This document shows positions 1-12,403 of a stretch of DNA of 35,322 bases, piece by piece; the first letter of the stretch is position 1; the number at the start of each line of letters is the position of its first letter. Source of the DNA: Macrostomum lignano. Its lineage: Eukaryota. The notes beneath the pieces were generated by a model. It did not search any database, had not been told where the DNA came from, and saw only the letters and a program-made list of their open reading frames with translations. Both the position numbers and the translations under genes were made by a program. The stretch spans positions 1 through 35,322 of the forward strand of contig NIVC01004773.1 in the NCBI GenBank assembly GCA_002269645.1, read 5' to 3'.

Positions 1-77
1 ACTCTGTATATAGTCAATTGGTGCATACGGATCTGAGTGTTCTAATTCCTTCCTTAGGGTTGTCGGTTTCTGTCGGC

Positions 78-717
78 ATCACCCACTGCACCAGCCCGTT
101 TTTCAGTCACCCACTGCCCGATTCTTCAGTCATCCACTGGCCCAGGCCGATTCTTCAGTCACCCACTGGCCCAGGCCGATTCTTCAGTCACCACTGGCCC
201 AGGCCGATTCTTCAGTCACCCACTGGCCCAGGCCGATTCTTCAGTCACCCACTGGCCCAGGCCGATTCTTCAGTCACCCACTGGCCCAGGCCGATTCTTC
301 AGTCACCCACTGGCCCAGGCCGATTCTTCAGTCACCCACTGGCCCAGGCCGATTCTTCAGTCACCCACTGGCCCAGGCCGATTCTTCAGTCACCCACTGG
401 CCCAGGCCGATTCTTCAGTCACCCACTGGCCCAGGCCGATTCTTCAGTCACCCACTGCCCGATTCTTCAGTCATCCACTGGCCCAGGCCGATTCTTCAGT
501 CACCCACTGGCCCAGGCCGATTCTTCAGTCACCCACTGGCCCAGGCCGATTATTCAGTCACGCACTGCCCGATTCTTCAGTCACCCACTGCCCGATTCTT
601 CAGTCACCCACTGCCCGATTCTTCAGTCACCCACTGCCCGATTCTTCAGTCACCCACTGCCCGATTCTTCAGTCACCCACTGCCCGATTCTTCAGTCACC
701 CACTGCACGATTCTTCT
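78..717. repeat. Minisatellite array of a 29-bp unit (CCCACTGGCCCAGGCCGATTCTTCAGTCA) and a 23-bp variant (CCCACTGCCCGATTCTTCAGTCA)
   Basis: Head-to-tail units are directly visible. The 29-mer dominates about 130-560 and the 23-mer about 560-717. Confidence 0.95.
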
Positions 718-2025
718 TCTGGTTGTCCTGGCTCAGATCAGGCGCGCCGTGGGCACCACCTGAGGGCTCACCCCCAGGAAGCTGTGGTGGATTTACACTG
801 CCATCATCCGCCCCTCGATCAGTTACGCCAGCCTCGTGTGGGCCAGCGGCCTGAGCGTCAAGAGCAACCTCGACGCTCTCTACAAAACCCAGGGCAGAGC
901 CTGCCGCATGACTATGGGCGCTCCACCCTCTACTCCTTTTGAAGGCATGAATGCCTTCCTCTGTGCCCCTCCTCTGGATATTTATATCAAAGGAGAGGCG
1001 GCGAAGAGCACCCGGCGTCTTCTGGATGCTGGGGTGGCCTTCAAAAAAGTGCGGGCCTTTAAGAAGCGGTCGCTTATCCCGCACTCTGACCTCTGCCTCA
1101 AGGCTCTCGAGGAGTGTGGCGGGCTTAACATCCTCATGGACTCAATCCCAGCCACCCTTCTCCTGAGCCAAAGGTATAAGGTCACCATTCAGCCTCGACA
1201 CGAGGCGAGTGACAGCTGGAGCGACTCTGAAGTCCACTGTTACACTGACGGCTCTATGAGGCATGGTCTTTCAGGCTTCGGAGCTTGCGTCTTCTTCAAG
1301 GGAGAAGTGGTGTGGAGCTACTCCCAGCACACTGGGCCCCAACTCCAGTGTTTTTCAGAGCGAGGTGCTTGCCATCAGCTCCTGCGCGGCAGAGCTGCGC
1401 CGAAGGCAGCTCAGCGGTCGGAAATTTATTTTTCACTCTGACAGCCAAGCAGCCCTTCGGGCCCTCTGCCGCAGCACCGCCAGCTCCAGGTCCGTCCTGG
1501 ACTGCAACACCCAGCTCAACGGGCTTGCGCTAGGCAACCAGGTGGAGCTCAGATGGATCCCGGGCCACGCCGGCTTCCTCGGCAACAAGCGCGCTGACCT
1601 GCTGGCCAAGGCTGGCTCCGCCGGCGCGCTGCTGGGGCCAGGCCCGGGAGCCCCCATCCCCGCCTCGGTGATCAACTCCCGCGTTAAGCGCTGGACTGAC
1701 TCCGAGCATCTCCGCAGGTGGCACGACACCCAGCCAGGCTCACTCACCTCGGGCCAAACCCGGTTCTCCCCGACGTTTGCAGGCCCGAGAGCATCCCGCT
1801 GCTCGCCCGGTACGCTCGCCCGGTACCTCAAGGACACGGGACGAGCTGATTTCTTCCCCACCGCCGGTGAGGAGGACCGCGCTGCAGGCGAGACCGACGG
1901 GTCCCCCTGAGCGACATCACTTCGATGGAAGTCTTTGGTCGCCAGGGGCTAGCGGAATGGGCGGTCTCCTCCGCCTCCTCGCTGCATCCGCCGGACGCCC
2001 CCTGCAGCTAAGTCAAGTAAGTCAA
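718..2025 (+). mobile_element. 5'-truncated, decayed non-LTR retrotransposon (I/R1/Loa-like group) with post-RT region and RNase H
   Basis: Translation gives T*GLTPRKLWWIYTAIIRPSISYASLVW...QGRACRMTMGAPPSTP (post-RT region, W-to-stop). RNase H motifs follow: YTDGS, SVFQSEVLAI, HSDSQAAL, WIPGH, GNKRADLLAK, with a frameshift near 1335. The zinc knuckle is deleted relative to the 6557 copy, a 13-bp tandem duplication sits near 1801-1826, and the 3' tail is TAAGTCAAGTAAGTCAA. Confidence 0.9.
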
Positions 2026-2026
2026 A

Positions 2027-2076
2027 GCCCCGATTCTTCAGTCACCCACTGCCCCAGGCCGATTCTTCAGTCACCC
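2027..2076. repeat. Residual units of the same minisatellite
   Basis: CCGATTCTTCAGTCACCCACTGCCCCAGGCCGATTCTTCAGTCACCC resumes immediately after the LINE tail. Confidence 0.9.
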
Positions 2077-2396
2077 CGAAGAATGGCACCGCCGATCAAA
2101 TCCGGGGCGTTGGCGCCGGTCAGCGGCAGTCGACGAAACACCGAGTGCACGACTGTCCTCGCAGTTAATGTGGCTGCAGGGTCAGGTAGTGACACCTCTT
2201 GCACCAGCTGCGGGCAGTACGACTCGGCGCGGATGATGCGGTCTGCCAGCTGGAGTTACTGTCGATGCAAACATGTAGTGATCAGCCTTGGTGCAAGGCA
2301 AAATGAAGACTGCGAATGAGATAGGGCTTTAAAAATTCAGGTATTACGAGCCCCATAAAAAGTGCAAACCGACCAAGCTTGAGCTTATTGTACTTC

Positions 2397-4111
<1,715 letters not shown>

Positions 4112-4115
<4 letters not shown>

Positions 4116-6304
4116 CTGACTACTGTAGGCCTCCCAAACTGGAAGGCAACATTTTAAATCTACACCCCACCTTCAAACTCTCCGAGTCTGAGACGAGGCT
4201 GCTAGATAAGGGACTCAATTTTATCCCAACCCAAGCCCTTGATTTCGATGAGTTGAGGAACTGCGTGACGGAATTTCATCGTAAACTTTTCTGGAAAGAC
4301 TTTTTCAAAAAGAGGGGTCTCGCCAATACCAGCCCGCCCCCCTTCACCGGGAAATCAGGGAAGGAGGTTCCCCTCAGACTTAGAAGGGATGAGTGCAACT
4401 TGCTGGTACTTGAGAACCAAAATCTGGTAGAGAATTTGACAACGGGACAGATCAAAGGCAACCTAGAGGCACCAGAGACCAGGGCGATTCAGAGGCTCAA
4501 GCGAAACAGCTCCGTCCTTATAAAAAAGGTGGACAAAGGCAACGCAGTGGTCATCATGCACCCTAAGGACTACGAATTTGCAGCCTACAACCAACTGTTT
4601 GACACTGATGCCTATCAACAGCTGGACCAGCCATTGCAACCCGTGACTGCGGAACTTATTAGGGGGATCTTCCTCAATTTATGTAACAGAAAGTTCATAT
4701 CTAAGAAACAGTGTGCATTTCTTTGTCCCGGAGAGAACTTCCGTCCCCGGCATTTCTACCTGCTCCCAAAAATTCACAAGGACCCGGCCACCTGGCTGAT
4801 CCCCTTTCGGGTCCCAGCAGGCAGACCTATTGTGAGCGGATGTAGTTCTGAAGCAATTGGGGCAGAAAAGTACATAGACTTCTTTCTAAAACCGATTGCC
4901 CAAGCGCAACCCACTTTCATTAAGGACTCCTATGACTTCAAGGCACACCTTATGGATAAAAGCTGCACGGAAGGTTCGACTCTGGCAACCTGTGATGTCC
5001 AGAGTCTGTACTCCATGATCCCAATAGATCAGGGCATTGCAGCGATCCAGGAATTCTTTAACCGATACCCGGATCCCATTAGACCGGATGCTGAGATAAT
5101 AAAGCTACTGGAACTATGTTTGTACAGGAATGACTTCGAATTTGACAAAATGATTTTCCTACAACTTAGAGGTACAGCCATGGGGCGCATATTTGCGCCC
5201 AGCTATGCCTGTCTCTTCATGAGCCTCTGGGAGGAAACTGCCCTGAGAACTGCTCTTTATAAGCCGAACATCTATTTTAGGTACATAGATGATATCTTCA
5301 TTCACTGGGACCACCCGGCTGAAACTCTGACAGAATTTGTTGTACACCTAAATTCAATCAACCCCAACATCAAACTCACCGTCAGCTCCTCATCAACTGA
5401 GGTCAGTTTCCTTGACATGACCATCAGGAAAGCTGAAAACCGCTTCACAACACAATTGTTTTCAAAAGAAACAGACACTCATAGATTGTTGCACCGACAG
5501 TCCTTCCATCCGTCACACACCTTCAAGGGGGTAGTAAAATCCCAAATCCTTCGGTACGCTCGTATCTGTGATGACTACAAGTCTTTCAACGATGCTTTCA
5601 ATTCTTTAAAATCGGAACTCAAGCAATTAGGCTACTCGAAGATTTTTCTTAGAAACTGCAAAAAGGATGTCCTCATACTTATGAACTGGACTGCAGGACC
5701 AACGACCAATCTGGGTCTGCTTCCCAAAGGGTTCCATCCCTGTGGGTCATCCCGCTGCAAATGCTGCACTCACTCACCGCCTGCTCTCTCCGCCCAGGGA
5801 CTGAAACCGGCTTCCGGTTTTTTAATCTCTCAGAGCCTGTCCTGTGGCTCCAAGAACATCATCTATGGCATCTCCTGCAACCAGTGCCACCCTGGGAAAA
5901 TCTTCTATGTAGGGATGACTAGAAGAACAATGAGAGATAGAATGAACCAGCACAGGTCAAATATTAACAGGAGAGTCGTAACTTCGGGGTCAGAGCATTT
6001 TCTCACCCCCAATCACTCGATTGCAAACTTTGTCTCCATTGCTATCGAACAAGTTCTTAATAACAACAAAATCGAACTAAGGGAAGAAATCTGGATTAAA
6101 AAACTGGGGACTGACAAACCGCCAGGTACGAACATCAGGGTCGACAATCATCTTCTCCGACCCATCCCAATGGTCCTTCCTTTTCACCCATCTACGGTCT
6201 GGCTCGCCAACGAGATTGCTAAAAACTTTGATAAACTACAAAATAAACCAGGCTCCCGCATTTACACGGCAACGAAATTTACAGAGCCTCCTGGCTCCCA
6301 ATAA
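4112..6304 (+). CDS. PLE reverse transcriptase plus GIY-YIG endonuclease (frame open from 4046; first in-frame ATG only at 4556)
   Basis: RT motifs: ILNL...LSESETRLLDKGLNFIPT, KVDKGNAVVIM, FYLLPKIHK, GRPIVSG, DVQSLYSMIP, GTAMGRIFAPSYACLFM, YFRYIDDIF, SFLD, SFHPSHTFKG. Linker: PCGSSRCKCC. GIY-YIG motifs: IIYGISCNQC...FYVGMTRR...RMNQH...HF...EEIWIKKLGT..PPGTN. Confidence 0.95.
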
Positions 6305-6556
6305 GTTTAAGTGTCAGCCAGGAAACCATTGCATCATTTTAACCAATGCGCTCACTTTACCCTATTGAAGTACAATATTTATTCACTTTGTCATTTATTT
6401 TATCCAAACTACTTAATTGTACGCACAAATCGATTTTTATGCTCGTACCCTCAATACCGGCATTTCATCTAATCGACAATCGTATAGTACTTCGAAAAAA
6501 AAACATTTTTATATAATAAATATACTGTCGATTGAAATGAATGGTGAAAAGCCTCT

Positions 6557-7380
6557 AGGTCTCATCTTCCATTCGGACAGCCAAGCTGCCTTGCACGCCA
6601 TCAGTGGCTGCAGCACCAACTCTGCTACAGTCCTCGACTGTATCAAACTCCTCAACGTGTTGGGTTCCACCAACAAAATTACCCTTAAGTGGGTTCCGGG
6701 GCATGTGGGGATCCGAGGAAATGAGTTGGCTGACACCCTTGCAAAAGTTGGTGCCTCCGGCTCCTCTCTCGGTTCCGAACCCCTTGTCCCGATTCCTGGC
6801 TGTGTCATCGACTCGCGCATCAAAGCGTGGATCAGGACTCAGCACCGCTCGACTTGGGCGAACTGCACTACCTGCAGGCAATCCAGAGGCGCTGTCCCTC
6901 AGCCCTCTCACCAGCTCCGGAAGCTCCTCTTGTGCCTCTCGCGCAGAGACATCCGGGCTGCCACCATGACCCTCTCTGGTCACGGCTGTTTCTCCAGGCA
7001 CCAGTACCTGCAGGGCAACGCCACCAACGCTACCTGTAGTTTCTGCAACTCAGGTGACGAAACCGCTGAGCATTTCGTCAGCATCTGTCCCGCCTTCACG
7101 CGGGCCAGACTCACTTACCTCGGGCCACACACATCTATTACTGAAGCGTGCAAACCCGAAAACTTTAATCAGCTCATGCGCTACCTTCGGGCCACCCGCA
7201 GGGCTGAACTCTCCTTTCCAGAGAGCACTATAGCTGCTGGCGACACTGGGGACCTCCCTGGGCGGCGCCAACCCTCCGTCCATAGCGACGCGTCGGCCGT
7301 TCAGGGACTAGCGGAATGGGCGCCCGCGCCTTCCCGCTGTGTCCCCTCCGGGACAGCCCTGCAGCTAAGTCAAGTAAGTC
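6557..7380 (+). mobile_element. 5'-truncated RNase H/zinc-knuckle LINE inserted in the PLE 3' region, with 9-bp TSD
   Basis: RNase H motifs HSDSQAAL, WVPGHVGIRGNELADTLAK and knuckle CSFCNSGDETAEHFVSIC. The 3' tail is TAAGTCAAGTAAGTC. AAAGCCTCT is duplicated at 6548-6556 and 7381-7389. Confidence 0.92.
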
Positions 7381-7523
7381 AAAGCCTCTGGGACAAGTTA
7401 GAGCTAGGCAAAACAGGGTTTTAAATGTACATCCCTCATAGGTACAACTACTCATCAATTTTATCAGACTAAGAAAAATAATGCTTAAAAGACCAACTTG
7501 CTTTGCATTACACACAGATTTTT

Positions 7524-7561
7524 GGCCTGACGAAGAGCCTAGAGGCATGAAACCGGTCGCC
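7524..7561 (+). ncRNA. Minimal type I hammerhead ribozyme (PLE-associated)
   Basis: GGC-CUGACGA-stem II (GCC UAGA GGC)-GAAA-CCGG-UC^GCC. The catalytic core is intact, stem III is the palindrome ACCGGU, and stem I is GGC/GCC. Confidence 0.8.
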
Positions 7562-7595
7562 TATTTTCTAAAATAATATTTTAATACGCCGTGAC

Positions 7596-7709
<114 letters not shown>

Positions 7710-9173
7710 GCATGCGCGTGGGATCTGCTTCCGCTGCGAGTTTTCAGAAACCGTTCAGGTACGCGGAGGTGTTATCGGCAGGCTAAGATCTGTCAAAGTT
7801 AAAACTGGGCTAAGTTTGTTTTATTATTTCTAGTTTCTAGGGCAGTTCATTCGGTTAAGACTCTAATTTTTCTTCTCTTATCTAAATTAGCATTTAGACC
7901 GACCCAAGGACGATATTTGATAGACAAATCCGAAGCAATTGTTAATCTCTGGGCCCTTGGCTTACTCCTACCTTACTACGAGTATATGCGATTCGTTTCT
8001 GGGTCACGCGGTGCGCCAGGGCTGGCCTAGTCAAGGTTGCATCGTTTTGCGCCCGGGCGCTCAAGCCGCTCATTGCAGTTTATTAGTAAAAGCTTCGCTT
8101 GAGCAGATATTGCACAGTCAGTTTGGTGTGCGTCTGTTTCTGCCGCTTCTAGTGGCGCCGCGCGGCTTCGTTTTATTGCTGGGTTGGCCTCAAACTAGCT
8201 GCTACTAGCTAACTTCTGTTGTTTTTACAATGCTGCGTACGTCTGTACAATATAATATAGGTGCCGCTCGAAGCAGCTCGTTCTTGAGCTCGTTCTTAAT
8301 CTGCAGTCGGATTCACTTGGGGGGAAGAGCAATTTTAAAAGTATCAGATCGAACCGAATTTTGCAATTTGGAGTTTTTTCAACTTACGGAGGCAGATTAT
8401 TTAAGGACAACTGGTGGGGGTGGCGAGCTGCAATTCCGACAATAATGGACTCTTATAATATAATAGTTAGGGAGCAAAAGAAGTGACTATGGGGCATTCT
8501 GTTTCGAGATAACGCCCGCTGTCACAGACAGCTCTGAGACTGACTGAAAGCGACAGGGCTCTTCAGGTAACTATTATTGCGGCCGCCCTGGAGAAGGCTT
8601 CGTAGAAAATGCCCTGTGCTGGACCCTACTTTCCTCCATTCATCTGTCCGGGCAAGCTTCAAAGCATATTGAAACTGCATGCTGGAGCTAGCCGTCTGTT
8701 GTATTTCCACTGCATGAGAATTGTGCAGTGAGTGTCAGATTCTCTCTGTGCATCCAGCTTAGGCTTCATTCAATTCTCTCTAGTTGGCTTTCTGTATGCC
8801 AGGCCTGCATGCCTGTGCGATCCTGTGACTGCGTGTCGGAGAGTGCAACTGTGGCTGCATGGGGCGGGCCGCGGCCTCGGCTGCAGCCAATGAGAATCGG
8901 CCGCCAGCCCACCGGGTGTGCACTTTTTTCCTGTCTGGGTTGGGGTTGGAGCGGGCTAGCAGGAGGAGTCGACACCGGGGCAGAGCAGAAGCGTTTTTGA
9001 TGTTCTTTCTCTCTTTTTTCTTTTTTCGTCGGAGCCGGAGAGCTCTATTTAAATCGGCAATGGAGTAAAAATGAAAGGCTTGAATTAAGCGGGCTGCGCC
9101 TAAGTGCTTGTTTCTCCTGCAGTTTGAGTTGTTTCACGCTGAGACATCTGGCCGCTCTGCTCAATTAGCCGTC

Positions 9174-10264
9174 ATGGGCGTCCTGCGCATGCTCGCAGAG
9201 ACGTTCGTCTTCAATACCTCGATGCGTGGCTTCATGAAGCTGTACAAGACTCCGCATAGATTCCTGCGCTGCCTGTGGGCATTGTACGCCATCTCGATGC
9301 TGTCCTTATGGATCACCGCTTGCTATTTCCTTATCGAGCACTATAGCGGCTTTTATGTCACTGTGCAGCAGAGCGAACGCATCCAGGACATCACGCCGCT
9401 GCCGTCAATCACGCTATGCAGTCAGGCCCCAATGGGTGACCACGCGGCCAGCCTGTGGAGCAACGGCACTATCATGTCGCCGATGCACCTGCACGCGGCC
9501 ATGAAACGCAGCATGCGCAACGCGTTCGGCAACGGCACGAGCCGACGATTGTCGCAGTTCTACGCGGCCAAGGACGTATTCTACGCTGACAAGATATCCA
9601 CGTACTTTCAGAACATTGACATCACCGAGGCCAGGCGAATCGGCATGCGCCCGGAGGACTTGCTCGTGTTCTGCCTGATGAAGCACACGCCGAATAACAA
9701 TCCCAGCGTCAGTCACGACGAGATCTGTCGCCTGTCAGTGAAATGGGTTCGTCACCCGCTCTACCTCAACTGCTACACTGTCACGGTCGATCAGGAGGAC
9801 ACCCTCGACGTGTCTTCCGTCTCGCTGATCCTTCGCTCCGGAGTTGCGCAGCCTTTGCCGCTGCAGGGCCATGTGTTCGACTTGTTCAGCCAGTCGCAAG
9901 GTCTGAAGATCTCCCTGCACGAGCAGGGCAGCCACCCGAACATCGACGAGAGCGCCATCAGCGTTGGCATGGGCCGCAACACGGAGATTCGGTACACTTT
10001 GGTGCAGCACAGGCGTCTGAATCTCGGCAATCAGCGAAGCAATTGCCTGGACTCGGAGAAAACTGCCAAGCAACGGGTGCTCAGAGACTTTGACGAGACC
10101 TACAATTACACATTCGACGCGTGCATGAGCCAGGCTATAGGTCAGCTGATCCTTGGCGAGTGCAATTGCGTGTCCGCCTTCCACTTGGTGACGCAGGTGC
10201 CAACGAGGAATACACCATTCTGTCACTATCACGAAGGCGAGAATACTTCAAGCTTGTTATCCAG
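9174..10264 (+). CDS. DEG/ENaC (amiloride-sensitive sodium channel family) subunit, coding exon 1
   Basis: Motifs: NTSMRG pre-TM1, TM1, LPSITLC, YLNCYT, GLKISLHEQGSHP, YTFDAC...ECNC. A phase-2 donor AG|GTGGGA lies at 10265. An acceptor CTCCTGCAG at 9122 suggests an upstream exon, so the ATG may not be the true start. Confidence 0.88.
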
Positions 10265-10457
10265 GTGGGAAAAGTGCATCAAATTCAGTTATGCATGTCT
10301 TATGTCATCCCTTTTTATGACACGAGTCCATCTTTTTCGATAGCTCAATCTCAGGATCAGGACTTTCCTGCAATCAATCAAGTAATCTTTCGGGAGCTCA
10401 TGAGTGCATGAAAAAATCTAAGCAAAACAAGCCCTCATGAGCTCGTACATTGATAGC

Positions 10458-10706
10458 TTTTTATTACACCTGCCCTAATGGGGCTGCATCTGAAGGCTGC
10501 GTACGGCTGTTCAGTTCAAGGACTGGGGGGTCGCCACACACACCCTCAATTACCCCAGCTAATGGTGGCACCCATTTTACAACTGGGTGAACTGAACCAA
10601 TGCAGAGTTGAGTGTCTTGCTCAAGGACACAAATTGTTCTGAGTGGGTCGAGAATCGAACCCTCGACCTTTCAGTCGTGAGTCCGAACCACTAGGCTGCA
10701 ACCCCC
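10458..10706 (-). mobile_element. tRNA-derived SINE with CORE-like central domain, in the ENaC intron
   Basis: On the minus strand: A-box-like GCAGCCTAGTGGTT, B box GGGTTCGATTC, then GTGTCCTTGAGCAAGACACTCAAC...CAGTTCACCCAGTTGTAAAATGGGT. Confidence 0.75.
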
Positions 10707-11349
10707 TTACTTTGATGCTGTATTCTCAAAAGTTTGTCATAGGGTTGCATGAGTTTTAACTTGAAATACGTCGGAGAACTCGTTTAGCCTAAATCTGAGA
10801 CCAACTTTACAAAAATCGGCTGATCCCAACTGAAGTTATGATAAATCAAGTAAAACTTTAAGCACAAACTCGCGTATCTGTTGTGTGTAAAATGAAAAGG
10901 TGCAGTCAGTTACTGGCGTCTGTAGGTGCGGCTTTGGGAAGATTTGACACCATTGGGTACTAAAGCTACACTCGCAAAATCTTGCAAGTTTTTGCTGGAG
11001 GCCTGCATGTTTTCACTGCAAAATGCATTGGCGAGATGAGAATATTTCCATTTTTTGCTCTAAATTCACAATAATATCTCACCTGCTAGACTTACAAACA
11101 ACATTTTTCAATTTTTTTCTTGTTCGAATTTGTCCATGCAAAACCCCACTCAGCGCGATCTGCTTCAGCTATCCAGGGTTAGCACTATAGAAATTTGTTC
11201 AAGAGCTTCTTGCATGATCTATTTGAGCATCAAAATGAATACCTCATATTCTCGCCAATTAATCATATGATGGTAATTTTAAGTATATTAATCCATTTCG
11301 AAAGGTAAATGAATCCGCATCATTGATGTTTATTCCCTTCAATATTCAG

Positions 11350-12226
11350 GCTTGACTGCGTTAGAAACATCAAGCTGCCGCATCGCATAGCGCAGCTGCG
11401 CACCACCACCTGTCTGAGAAGGTGCAACTTCAACCAATTCGATATGCAGGTCAGCTCCGCCCAATGGATGCCGACCCGATGGCAGCTCAAACTCGTCCTG
11501 CAGCTGGCCCCCGCCTGGGACATCATGATCGATCACCACTCCAGCGAGGCCGAGGTGGCGGAGGCTCGCAGGAGGCTGATGAGTTTCATTGATTCGCCAA
11601 ATGAGCAGCGACAGCTGCTGAGCAACACCAGCGAACCGGACATAAGCCGCCTGACGCTGGTGACCGTCTCCAGGGCAACCTACAACACGATATTGAAGAC
11701 TGAGACTCTGCAGGTGACGCTCTCCACCCTGCTAGCTCAAATTGGCGGTCTGGGCTCGGTGACCATCGGCCTAACCATAACGGTGCTATTTGAGGCCTGC
11801 GAATACTTCTACCTGACCACGTTCAACATCTACAAACACCTGAGAGACAAGCGACGGAAGCGGAAAAATCCTGCAGCACTAGAAGAGGACGAAAAAAGCG
11901 ACGATGACGGCGGCAGCGGAGCCGGCGAAGGCGTCTGCGACGGCGACTGCGAGGAGGACGCCATCGGCGACGTTTTTGGCGACGACAATGATGACGACGA
12001 CGAAAACAACGACGACGACAACAAATCCGGCGTGAAGCAGGACGATTCGGCCGGTGATCATGCTCACAACAGTGACCAAGGTGAGACGCTGCCGTTGAAT
12101 TCACTGAATCGTGCCTCCGGCAGGAACAGCGGCCGACACTCGTTGGGCGACAACGAAGACGAAGACGCCAGTTCAGAGTCGTGGAAAGCGGAGGCACGAA
12201 TCCACAGACCCCTGGCGTTGGCGTGA
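11350..12226 (+). CDS. DEG/ENaC subunit, coding exon 2 (spliced CDS 655 aa from ATG 9174)
   Basis: The acceptor TTCAG at 11349 is phase-compatible (S-R-LDC). It reads CLRRC...SSAQW, then TM2 LLAQIGGLGSVTIGLTITVLFE, an acidic C-tail and TGA. Confidence 0.88.
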
Positions 12227-12403
12227 CCTACGGGTTTGGGTGCACGTGCCACCCGGTTTTGTGGATCAAGTACCAAGACCAGCTGCCCTTGATTATCTTC
12301 AGTGCCATTTATGCGAAGCTTGAATCCAATTGAAACAGATTCCCCTACACCCAACATAAGGAAGCAGAGCTGAACGGGCACTAGAGGGGTGTTTTGTTTG
12401 TTG

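Noticed and set aside
78-717. CRISPR-like array of 29-bp repeats
   Set aside because: Units are head-to-tail with no spacers, there are no cas genes, and the context is eukaryotic.
18-854. 278-aa ORF with repeated peptides
   Set aside because: It is a translation of the minisatellite running into the LINE in the wrong frame.
6417-7424. 335-aa RNase H gene
   Set aside because: It is a chimera of PLE 3' UTR, inserted LINE and downstream flank, as the 9-bp TSD shows.
10652-10706. tRNA gene
   Set aside because: It has A and B boxes but no convincing cloverleaf, and it continues into a SINE body.
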